Shown: positions 12,301 through 24,680 of the stretch, one piece after another
Layout of the letters: each line of letters begins with the position of its first letter
Numbering within the stretch: the first letter of the stretch is position 1
NCBI RefSeq assembly: GCF_000002075.1
Contig: NW_004797278.1
Span: 2,156,009 to 2,220,008 of the forward strand
Reading direction: 5' to 3'
Source: Aplysia californica
Lineage: Eukaryota
Length of the DNA stretch: 64,000 bases
The notes under the pieces: generated by a model
Database searches by the model: none
Told to the model about the DNA's origin: nothing
Seen by the model: the letters and a program-made list of their open reading frames with translations, nothing else
Position numbers and translations under genes: made by a program

Positions 12301-15300
12301 TTATTTGGTGTTTTGCTGCGCTCGCAAATGCATAAGGTCATATGAGCGCACGAGACACATTAAACTTTTTCAGTTGGTAGGAAATTTTGAATTTTGCCTG
12401 GGTGGCGGCTGAAGCCTACTCTTACTGATTTTAGACCACCAAGGGATTTTTTACGTGCGCAACTTAAACATGGGCCCTCAAAGATTTTTCACCCTTATCC
12501 GAGAAGGCTAGGTGTAGATCTTTCCTATCAGAAGATCAGGGGTGTGGCTGAAAGACAACAGTAAGAAGGAGCCAAGGAGTAGCAGTAGAAAGGCTGCAGA
12601 AAGAGTCAGAAGCCCAGAGAAGGGGGCAAAGGAGATAAGAGGGTGGGGGCAGAAAGAGGAGACCAAAGCAGATGACAGAACATTGCTAGAGAGCAGGAAA
12701 GGAGGTGAAAAGAGACAATATTAGAGAAGAAAATTTTCCGTTGCTTCCTGGATTCGAACCCAGGACATTTGAATAAGAGGCCAACACCTTAACCTCTAGG
12801 CCACGTGAGCTTCACATCAAGGAACATTCACATATATTTTCAAAAGTGTAAAAATATGAAAATTAAAATTAACAATAACGTATGAAACTGAAGGGCCCAC
12901 AAGAATGATACAATTATACTATTGTTAAAACGTGCAGTGCTATCTAAAGATTGCCACGCAATTATACGATCGTTACAACACGCAATTGCGCCAATCAGTA
13001 AATAGCGCGTAACACAAGTACCAACTACCTAAGCTACTCGGGGTTTGCGAGATGATATTTTGTACCTGGAGTTCACCTTCCCACCAGCCACGAGGACTTT
13101 TCTGACGCACGTTGATCAAATTGCCAGTCTCAAGACTTAACTGGCCTGTGCCAGTTGCCACATAGGGTGCTATTACCCGAGCAATCTCTGTCGAAGAACA
13201 AAAAAAGGAAAATATCTATCTTTACAGTCTACATATTGTATACCTCAACCAATAGATGTGAGCATATTTGAAAATGTGCTAATGCATCAACCACAAATTT
13301 GAGCATGGATTTTCAAGGTCCCACCTCAAGGCCAGGGGGCAAAAGGTGCTGCTTCTGAATATTATCATCGTATTTCATGAAAGGAAGAAGTAAAAAAAAG
13401 CTCCATATTTTTCATTAAAACCCTACAATGGATACTATGAACAAATAAAAAATTTCATCACCTAGATAAACCAATAACATTATGTTCTATATTTCAGAGA
13501 ACAAAATAGTCTACACCACAGCAACTGTGGGGTGTTCATCGTAATCAACAAATCATGGAGACCCTATAAAATTTTTCCTAAATCAGTACAGTTTATGCGT
13601 GTGAAACCAGGACCTTGAAAGAAGGATCAAAGCTGTGGAGATGAGATGCTTCCGAAAAATCACAAATGATGAAGTCAAACAACGAATCAAAAATGAAATT
13701 GGACCCTATGCTGACCTTCTCACTCTGGTCAGGAAATGCAAACTGCAATGATATGGACACATCACCCGTTCATCCAGCCTTGCCAAGATGATCCTGCAAG
13801 GCAGTGTCCAAGGAAAATGGAGCAGAGGCAGACCGAAGAAGAGTTCAGAGGACAACATAGAGGAATGGACAGGCCTGGAACTCAAAGACATGCTCAGGAA
13901 AGCTGAAGACTGGAAGGAGTGGAAGAAGCTGGTGGCCAAATCTTCAAAAGCGCCCGACAGACATCCAGTCTACAGGATAGATGAAGTGAAGGAAGTGCTG
14001 TGTGCTTAAGATGTTTCCTATGACAACATAATTATGAGCACACAGAAGAAACATGTCCTTACCTGGTTTCTTGGTGCTTTTCTGCTCGGGCTGCAACAAA
14101 AGAAAATACAAAGCAAACTATTATTGAAAAGGCAAAAGAAAGGAATAACACTCCCCCCTCCCTCCCCCCAAATCTATATACTGAAGAAACGATTATCCAC
14201 TCTTGACAATTACGCATTTTAAAAAAATCGATGTTAACTAGAGGTCTTTAAAAAATTCAGCTACATTGATCAGGTAAAGTTTTTGGTAGTACAGTCTCAT
14301 ATTTCAACTTTTTTTGTCCTCATGCTAGCCCCTACATTACTGGTATGTATGATGCCCAAAAAAGAGATTAACTTTAAAGGTGAAACCCAAGCAGCAATTG
14401 ACATTGGACATTATGATATAAAATAGCAACAGGTACCGAAAGTAAAATCTTGTAAAAGTAGTGTCTCTTCAAACATAATATAATGAAAAGACCATAGTTA
14501 ACCTGTAAAACTTCATACCATCTAGAGCAGGGCCATAAAAAGAACAAGCAAATGACAAATTCAAAATGGGAAGGGAGGAAAGACTACAAACCGCTGATAA
14601 ACTCATGACAAAAAGAATGACTTCATCAGCCCCACAAGGACATACTATAACAGTTATCCATAATTCATTTGTCATCCAGAGAAGAATATCTTCATGACTG
14701 CTACTCAAAGCAGAAAAAAAATTGAACGTGACTAGCATGGAAAGTTTCATGCAGTGAAACAAAATAATTTAGCGCGATTCGAAACCCGTGACCCCAAATT
14801 GAACAACTCTAAAATTTAAAATTCTGGTTTTAGTTCATTCTTGACATTCGCCGCAGAACTGTTTCACTTGGGACAAGATGCTACAAATGAGAGGACAGAA
14901 CAACCCCCCCCCCTCCTCTCCTAAAAAAACAACCCAACAACAAAAAAGAAGGGGGGGGGGGGGGGGGGAAGAAACGAGACGAAATATGCAACGCGGAAAA
15001 ACTGGGTAATCTTGGGAACAAACAGGAATAAACTGATTCAGGCAAGAAGGTTATTGACTGTCAGATTGTGCAGTATGTGTAAATTATAACTTGAAAGATT
15101 TCTTCTTCAACCAACCCTGTAATACAAATAATTTAAAATTTAAGTGACTAAACAATCAAAGAGAGGTAAGTACAAATGACTAAGGAAAAGGGTAAGTTAA
15201 TACAATATACAATAATAAAATCAGGACTAAATGAAATAAGTTAACTTGGGAAAAAAGAAGAAAGAACCAATCAATACAGTATCGGTGCCTTCTCTGTAAA

Positions 15301-18300
15301 CTATTGTCTTTACATCAGTATAATCTGACCTCAACTTTCTATCAACATTTTTCTTTCTGGTCTATCTTCCTACTATGTAGGCTGATGACAGAAGTGTCAC
15401 AAAGGCTTGATTTAAAAAGTCCTATATTAACCTTCAAATACATAATGGAACAAAAGGAAAGCTCTTATAAGGGGAAGGGAGAAACACATTCACACAAAAA
15501 AACAAGTGAAACAGGGTTAGATTTAAAGTACCTATAGTGTACGATTGACAATTTTTTTTTTCACATTCTCTCCCCACTGTTCAACAAGTGCAGGGGAAGG
15601 ATTCAACATCAATAATCATTTAAGGCTTGTAATGAGGGTAGCAGGTGGGCAGGGCAGAGGGGGGTGGCAATCTTATGAAACGTTGAGAGATACCCCAGCA
15701 TTTTTGTCCGGAGCAGAAGGAGCAGTTCCGGCACTGGCTACTGGTGGGGGTGGGGCTCGCCTTGACCCACTTCTAGTTCTACCCATGCCTGAGTCAACTT
15801 GTGTGGTCATCGACTCCATAGCGGCAGAGCTGAGGGCTGGGTTGTCTTTAGTGATGATCCCATCTTTGAGTTTAATCTCCAGCGAGTTGTTCTGAAGGGC
15901 ATCCTGCTCTAGAGCTACCAGATCTGGGAGGCTGGAAGTACTTTGAGGAGGCTTGGCACTTGTCGGAGAAGCCACTAGGTCCAGAGAGAACAGGTCATCA
16001 TTTTTAGAGGATGATTTCTCCTGGCTGGTGCCTTGGTCAAGACCGTCAAACAGGCCAAAATCTACACCACCAAGCACACCAGAACCTTTTAGGTCACCCT
16101 GAGAGACTGGTGCTGACAATACGCCAGCAAAGGGATCTGAACCTTCTGGAGCGGGAGCCGGCTTGTCAGACGGCGCATTATCATGAACATTTTCCTTTTC
16201 TGCTGTAGCTCCAAAACCTTCAAGGACAGCAGTGGTCATTTCTTTGCCAAAGGGATCATCATTACTTAAAGCAGAGCCCCCTTTTCCAAATGGGTCCCCT
16301 CCTCCGAAGAGATCTTCACTGGTACTAAATGCATCAACACCACCCGAGGCCTCGTCTTTCTTGACACCTGATGCCGCAGTGGTTGGAGAAGGTGCTATGG
16401 CATCCAAGAGTCCTCCTTGAGGCTTATCATTACTATTATCCACTCCAAGGTCTCCCCAATCCAGCCCACTTAAAGCGGCAAAGCGATCCTCTCCACCTCC
16501 TTCCTCAGCAGGCAGTTCCGTGCCAGATGCAGTAGTCCCTAAAATGTCAGGAGGATTCTCTGACTTGACTGCAGTAACACTGCTTTCTTCCGACTTCGCC
16601 AAGGTTAAATTGCTCAACAAGTTAGACACATTCTCTGACATAGGTGTAGCGGTAGACACAGTGGTGTCAGATCCATCAGACAGAATAGCAGATGACACAG
16701 ACTGAGTGGGTTTGGTCTCCGTGCTCAAGGAAGCACTCCCAGTTGAACCAAAAGCACCACTCATGTCACCAAATCCTGAGAGTAGATCCGAGCCAAAAGC
16801 TGATGAGGAGGAAGATGTTGGTGCAGGATCAGCACTGGCAAATAAGTTGTCCACCGGACTTATGGCAGACGCAGTGGTGGAGCCAAACATGTCATCCATG
16901 GGACTTGTAGGTGAAGCAACTGCACTGAACATATCATTTGTGGAACTTGCTGTCCCAGAAACACTGGCAAACGGGTCACCCATGGGATCCAAACCTGCCC
17001 CGGCGAATGGATCATCCAGCTGGTTTGAGGCGGATGACAAAATATCTGATCCAAAAGGATCATTGCCACCAAAGTCACCGAAGAGAGAATCTGAGTTCGT
17101 TGAATTTGGAGGAGCTTTATCAGGCTGCAAAAGGCGGAGTTAGAATGAAAACATAAAACATTTACTAAAGGTCCCTTTCCAACATTAAAAAGCAAGACAA
17201 CAGGTACAGTGATGTTTATGGTATTTGAGAAAAAAACAAAAACACCTTTACTAGCACTCCCAGAGGAAAGTTATACAAAGAAACCATGCACTGGAAATCT
17301 AGGACAAACGCTGTGATTTTAAAGAATGAAAAAAAAAGTCACAATGGTGAACAGACGGCTAAACTGAGGAATCAAAAAGCTTCCATGCCAACACTACACG
17401 CAAATTATATAAGCAGTGCATGCAAACCTAGTACACATGAAAAGTAAAAAAGAGACTTTGCAATGTTATGGATAGAGAAGAAAAAGAATGTCCTAAATGA
17501 ATTATTCGCCAAGAACAAAACAGCAACCACAACCTAAAGCAGGAGTACTGAAAAAGTTACACAAACTTTAATGCATTTTGGTAGGCCAATCACCAAAGAG
17601 AAATCAAAAACAGAAATGTGGTCCCCAAGAAAATAATTAATTACAATAGGAATATGTGTCACGACGCCGTGGATTCTGGCGAACATCAATTTTTTTAAAC
17701 ATGGAATTATTGATATCATCTTAAAGCTTGTTCATTTGTCTTGCTCTGTTGAAAAAAATATCCATCTATCTTAAATAAAAGTCCAGATAATTGCAATAGA
17801 AGGAAGCAGGGATCACCTGGTATCAGCCGTAACATTAGTGAGAAAATGGCCGTCAAAATTCGAGGACTTCCATAGCTTGAGTATCCTTGGGAACCGAACA
17901 TTTACAATTTGTGTGCCTTTGACCAACGTTTTTCAATACCATCTACGCAGAAATTTGTTTTCAAATGGAAATGAAAGGTGTTCAACCCCCNNNNNNNNNN
18001 NNNNNNNNNNNNNNNNNNNNNNNNNNNNNNNNNNNNNNNNNNNNNNNNNNNNNNNNNNNNNNNNNNNNNNNNNNNNNNNNNNNNNNNNNNATATATATTA
18101 TCGTCAAGTCATTGTAGAAGCAGTGCGCACCACCTGTGAACGGAAACCTCATTTGTTTACAATGGCGTCTTAGAAGATGGACTTTCCCAATATTAGATCT
18201 AAACAAAACTAATGACAAATTGAACAGTAAACTACAGCGACTTCAGACTCCTTAATATAACTGTGCGCCTTTTAAATGATTCTGAATCACCTTTATTTTA

Positions 18301-19146
18301 TTTTTCAAATTCGAAAGTAAGTGGTTCGGAAGTTTTAGGCGAAGAAAGTGAGGAACTTTCACAAATATAATAATACTAGCTGGGCCCCCTTTCGATGAAA
18401 GGAATTAGTTTTAGTAGAGGTTTTACGGCGCAGACAACTGCATAAGGTCATATGAGCGCCAGAAGATTAGAGGTGTTACAAGAGAGTAACCGACATAAAA
18501 AAGAAGAAGGGGAGATAAGGAAGACAGTCATAGGAGAGAAGAAGCAAACCACACCAGAGCACCCGCCAACCGCCCACGATGAAAGGAATGATCGGTGCAT
18601 TTAACATCAGCCGAAAGTCATCGGCCTACGATATTTACACTCTACTAGAATGAAGCAATAAATCTTGAGAGATTCAAGAAATTTGAAGGTTTAGATCTAT
18701 ACTCTCAAAACAGTGCCCACAATTAGTGAATGGAAACCTCTCTGGTTTACAACTGCGTCTTAGAAGACGGACTTTCCCAAGATTAGATCTAAACGAAACT
18801 AATTATAATGAAAAAACTGAAAATTAAACTACAGTGACTTCAGGCTCCTCAATAAAACTGTGCACCCTTTTAATGATTCTTAACCACCATTAATTTGGTC
18901 AGATTCGAAAGTTAAATGGTTCAGAAGTTTAAGGCTACGAAAGTGACGCACTTTCACAAATATAATATGTATAGATATATCATTTAAATATTACATATGA
19001 ATATAGTCGAACCTTCCTTAACAGCAACCTATGCAAACGACGACCTCTCACTTTTTCATTTGCGATTTTTCTAAACCTCAAAATGATACTGTCCAAGACG
19101 ACCACCTGTCTAAGAGAGCCTCATTTCTGTTTAAGAGAGAGAGAGA

Positions 19147-19189
<43 letters not shown>

Positions 19190-22100
19190 GGGGACAGACA
19201 GGGGGTAGGGGATAAAAGAAGAAAAAAAAGACAGAAAATTGGAAGAAAAACATTAAATTGCCCAATAGCGTGAAAAATGCTGATTTCTTTGATTTAATTA
19301 TTTTGATCCCTCGTATAAGTTGTTTTTTTAAGTAACAAAAAACAATTTAATCTATGAAGCAAAATCTAAACAGCTTTTCCCATACTAAAGAATGTGGCTC
19401 CAAACATATTTTGAAACAGTTGGCACAGATGGAATTATTGATCTCCTACTACCAGAAACTTGGAATAAGATAAAATAGTCAGTGGACAGCTCTTTCTACT
19501 TAGGTGAAACCACAGAAATTTTCTACAGAGTGCAAGTAGCGACATCACGTAATTCGACACTACAAGAAAGCAAACAAACAATCAAGGTTGCCATTATTTC
19601 CCACATCTCACCTGAATATCAAGTTTTTTTACGTAATTAGCAGGGAAGATGCCAGACCTTCCCTGCTCAGCGATGGTGCCAGACCACCAGTCTCCCGAGG
19701 CAGCCGTCACAAAGATCATGTCACCTTCGCTGAAGGTGAGGTCTGACGGCTCATCAGAGGTGTACGTGTACATGGCAATATAGTATTCTGAGGACCCAGA
19801 CAATGTATAATTGTGAAGTAGATTTACACAAAACAGTACTCAAGTCTCACCGAAAGTGGTAACAAATATAATGCTCACATCCTTTGTTTCTAAACAAACC
19901 ATGACAGATAGAGCGGAAAGCAATAAATGTGAAAAGAAACTTAAAGCAACATACCAATGACGACAAAAACTGCAAGTCTCTCCATAGCTCTAAGCCATCC
20001 AAATTTTCAACATCATACTATACATCCAATATCCTGAAATGGTCTCCTAGGAACCCAGCAACTCAGGAAGGCTGAAATCACTGAATGATCAGCAATATTC
20101 ATATTACTCTTATCCATTATGAATACTTAAATACATCAACTCTGGACGGTCAATGTAAAGTTATCATCATAACCAAATTGTGCTCAGGACCTCTACATTA
20201 AGTCTCACCTCCCTGAGTGTCTGGGGCTGGGCTAACACTGGCTGGTTCTGGAACTTTGGTCTGGGTTGGTGTGGAACTTTCAGCTGACAATCTAAATGTA
20301 AGATCATAAACAAGTCAGACATGCAATACTAATGAAGAAAATAACTACAAAACATTGAACTTAATACCACCACATTATTTTCCACTCTATTTTCTGCTCC
20401 AACAAAATTATGAATGAATTCATACCATCACATTATTTTCAAATCTATTTTCTGCTCCAACAAAATGAATGTCTTAATACCATCACATTATTTTCAAATT
20501 TATTGTCTGCTTCGACAAAATGAGTGTCTTAACATTAATACCATCACATTATTTTCAAATCTATTTTCTGCGCCAACAAAATGAATGTCTTAGTATTAAT
20601 ACCATCACATTATCTTCAAATCTATTTTCTGCTCCAGAAAAATCAATTATATACGCAGACATTTTCACCTAAACACATGATAGTCTCCAAAAATAAATGT
20701 GGTTTTTTTCTCTTTGTTTTGGAGATTTGCTGTCGACATTTTGTACACATCAGGAAGGCCAACATTATACAAGCCTTATAACAACAACCGATAAAACAAA
20801 ATTCTGAAAAATAAATGGAAAAGGTCCTTACCCTGACTTGGAGGCAACACCAATCAGTTTAACATATGCCTTTGGAAACCAGCCACTCTGTGAATGAAGA
20901 AACAGAACTGGTAAAGACTCATGGGTTTGTATAAATTTGAAATAATGTACAGAAAATTCTACACATCTGTCCAGTGAATTTATTTCCGACAATATTCCCA
21001 AATACATTTTTTGTACCAACTTTAGGGAAAAAGAGGGGCAGTGCAAACATGGAAAGTTAGCATTCATCTTGCCCTTGATAAGTGAAGTGAAGTAAGTAAA
21101 AATGGGTGAACAGGCATCAAAGTTGCATAAATAGAGATATCTTTTATTTGAATATACTAATATAACACACAGTAGTTGTAAAAAGTGGAAACGTCATATT
21201 TATGAGATCCACCTGGTTTAGAACAAAATTATTTTGTGTTGACTACAGCAAAAGTGAAGAAAAGGGCAAAGTCAGCAGGCTCCCTATTTTGTTTGTTTTA
21301 GTAGAGGTTTTACGGCGCTCGCAACTGCATAAGTTCATTTGAGCTCCCTGTGAAAATGTAAAGGAGCGCAAGAACATAATACTAAACTCTCTGAAAAATG
21401 TTGAAAGAAGGATAGACAACCAGGGAATCATCTCTCTGTCAAGACCTCACATGGAATGTCCATCATCACGAATGAAAAACAATTAGCTCAATCTCTTCCG
21501 TAATACCAGCGTCTGTGGTGTAGCAGTCAGGCACTTCACCGTCACACTCTGAACACATGATTTCAATTCCCATGTGGAGAGTGTTGTCAATCATCTCAGC
21601 CTGTCTGCTGGGACATTGTATCCCTCTCAACCCCCATTGCCCCTGACCGGCAGGGTCAAAGAAGCCCAACTCCTAAATGATCTAAATAGTGCTAATTAGA
21701 GCATGTTGTTATCTATCCTGCACTGATTGGGGCATAAAACATCTACAATTACATTAGTTCCATAGAACATTTGTGTCACAACGCGATGGAATCAGGAAAA
21801 TTTCCTTTCAGGATTTCAAGAAAATCCCCTTTTGTCAATTTTTGCGCATGTGGAGTTATTGTTATCTTAAAACTTGTTCATTGCCTGTCTTTCGAAGAAA
21901 AACCCCTTGAAGTTAAGATATTTGCTATTGAAGGAGTGGGGGTCGTCTGGTATAAAAAGTAAAATTAGCGAGAAAATGGCTGCGAAAGTTTGGTTAATTC
22001 CAAAGCTTGAGAGTCATTGGAAATTGAAAATTTACATTTCTTGTGCTTTTAGTCAATGTTTTTCAGTAAAATCCAGACATAAATTTGTTTTTAAATAAAC

Positions 22101-24648
22101 ATAAAAGGTGTTGAGCTAAAAAACAAAAATTCGACAATAATTGCTAAACCGGCCGAAAAATGCAGATACCTTCGATTTCATTATTTGGACGAGCGCCTGA
22201 TTTCACCACGATGCCTCACATTTCATTATTACCATGCTCACTCAAGTTTTGTGCACATCTAACCCTTAACAATTTTCTCACACTGTAGCATTAAAAATCA
22301 AGTAAACAATCAACTAACCTTTTCATTGAGCTCTCCGTACCACTTCATGTCTTGCTGCTCCTTGACTAGAATAATGTCATCTTTATCAAAGGTGAGATCA
22401 GCCTCCTGTCGCGCTTTCCATGGGTAAGTGGCTTTGGCCAGTAGACCTTCTGGAGGGATCTGTGTACCCGATGAGGGACTTGCAGAGGCAGTACTGGTAC
22501 TATCTGATATTGCACTTGACTGAAGGGGCAAAGAAAACAACTTTCACTTTTTTACCCAAACATTCACATTCAAAGTATTTCAAATTGGCAAAATCAGTAA
22601 ATGATTTACGTAACTGGTTACTAACTTACAAATCAAGCTCCAATATAAAATTCAGAAATAAACAATTCACCCCACTCTTTTTTAGCTGATAATAAATTTT
22701 AATGAATATAAAGATACCAATTTACCTGTAGAAAAACAACCAAACTAAAGGAAAATAAAGACAAGTTGAAGCCTCCCAATAACAAAACGCAATCTGCACT
22801 TGAAATACAAGGTAAGACTACAATCTCCCAAATTCTACATTGCTATGGAACTAACACAACAATCATCATCTTCTTTATAAAACGTTCAACATAAATTTAC
22901 AATTCTATGTTGTACTTTCCAATCTTTTCAGCGTTTACCAGTGAAAAATAACAACTGAATAATACCTGAGTAAATTGAGAAGAACTGAATAAGTCAGTCT
23001 CGACTTTTTGACTGGTTGAAGACTGTACCACCGGTTCAAATGCACTTCTGAAATAAAACAATTGGGAAAACTGAGCAAATTTCAGAACAACAATAAGTTT
23101 TGACACTCAGGTCTTCTCATGTACTTCACAGATACTTGTCAGACCTCATCTCTTGCTTTATTGCACACTGTCAATTCTCACGCTACTGTTAATTCCATTA
23201 AAGGGCTAAAGTCTAACCAGAAATAATATATAGGTGTCTTATTAAAGGATAACATAATTCATCACTTTATAAACTTAGCTACAATATTATCTTTAGATTA
23301 ACTTTCTAGAAGAATTAAGTATGGCTTCACTTTAGATTGAGACTATAATCATATTGTATACATTTGAAAAGATTTTTTTTTAAATACGCATTATTTAACA
23401 GTATGGGAAATACCTACCCAAACACATTCCCAGATGGTTCCTCTACTTTCTCTACATATGCCTTAGGGAACCATCCCACAGAACCATTACTCTCTCCCCG
23501 ATGCCAGTCTTCCATGCCTACCACTGGTTCTGATTCATTTAGGACCTGAAAGGGAAAAAGTTAAATTAAAATACATTGCAGAAATCAAGTACATTCTTCC
23601 ACAAAACATCAAACACTGCACTTAATTTTGCCTATGTAAATAATGTAAATAATAAACACCTTGAAGGTCATTTCATAACAACGTAAGTTCCTGACACAGC
23701 AATTACTATTCATTTAAAAAATCCGAAAGAACCAAGGAAGTGGAACAAGGAAGACAGTATCATTGGAAAAACTTTGTCAACATGAAAAATCCATTGCTCA
23801 AAACATCCTTTCGACTCAGTTTGAGCCAAATCTGCAAATTACATTTCTCATGACATCAAAATCTTACTTACCCAAACTTCCATGCCAGCGACAAGAGTAA
23901 GTTCATCTTCTCGGGTAGCAGTGAAGTCATATATAGCTTTGCATTTAGTTTTGCTCTGTGAACCTGAAACATAAAAACAATCTAAATTGGTAATTGAACA
24001 TTTCAATCAAGCTTATAAAATATTTAGGGTGCTCTCCTCAGCACATGCCACTGTTATCCTCTACATATTGAGCAAAAGGCTCAGCCTCAGCTTGCGTAAA
24101 TCTAGGGAGCTCTAGTATAGGCTCGTGGGACAACGACACAAAGACACAAATTGCACTTCTTCCTCCGAGATCTAACACTCATAGCACACTCTATGGAACA
24201 TTACAGAAACTGTAGCAAACCAGTACATATCTCTACACAGCACAGGACAGAAGACCCAACTATTGCTTTTTTAAAGTTTCAGTAGAGGTTTTAGGCGCTC
24301 GCAACTGCATAAGGTCATAGGAGCACCAAGGGGTGGATGTCAACAGGGAAACCGAGCTTACTCTGCTCACCTCTCTAGCTTCAACAGCACAAAGTCTGTT
24401 TCGACTATCAAGGCACCCCGGAAATAGCGGGTCATAAGAGAGTGAAAAACATGAAAAAGAAGTAGAAGAGAAATGACGATAGTAAGGATTAGGAAAGAAA
24501 AAGCAACAGTTCCCTGTTGCAGTTCAGGCACAGTTATGAGCATGACATTGATGAATCAGCCCATTTACAATTCTACTGTGCATAAAAACATATTTAAGTC
24601 CACCCTTCGGGAATGGCCTAAAGACACTTCAGTCAGTAGCACCGCCCT

Positions 24649-24680
<32 letters not shown>

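Noticed and set aside
16011-17156. Several plus-strand ORFs (e.g. 16706-17143, 145 aa) as an antisense gene
   Set aside because: They are shadows of the GC-richer minus-strand coding exon, with no recognisable domain or splice structure.
20362-20637. CRISPR-like array
   Set aside because: Eukaryotic intronic minisatellite with no unique spacers and no cas genes.
22720-22750. Minus-strand ttctacag|gtaaat as a recursive splice site or microexon
   Set aside because: The host intron is only 446 nt and the 19-nt exon alternative breaks the frame.
23546-23871. Equivalent of the vertebrate neuronal SH3A microexon (VKGEW)
   Set aside because: The intron sits at the comparable position, but I found no frame-preserving AG-exon-GT candidate.
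24400-24650. Hammerhead ribozyme in the headless retroposon (CTGACTGA...GAAAC)
   Set aside because: It does not match CUGANGA, and the motif varies between copies (CTGACTAA in copy 2).
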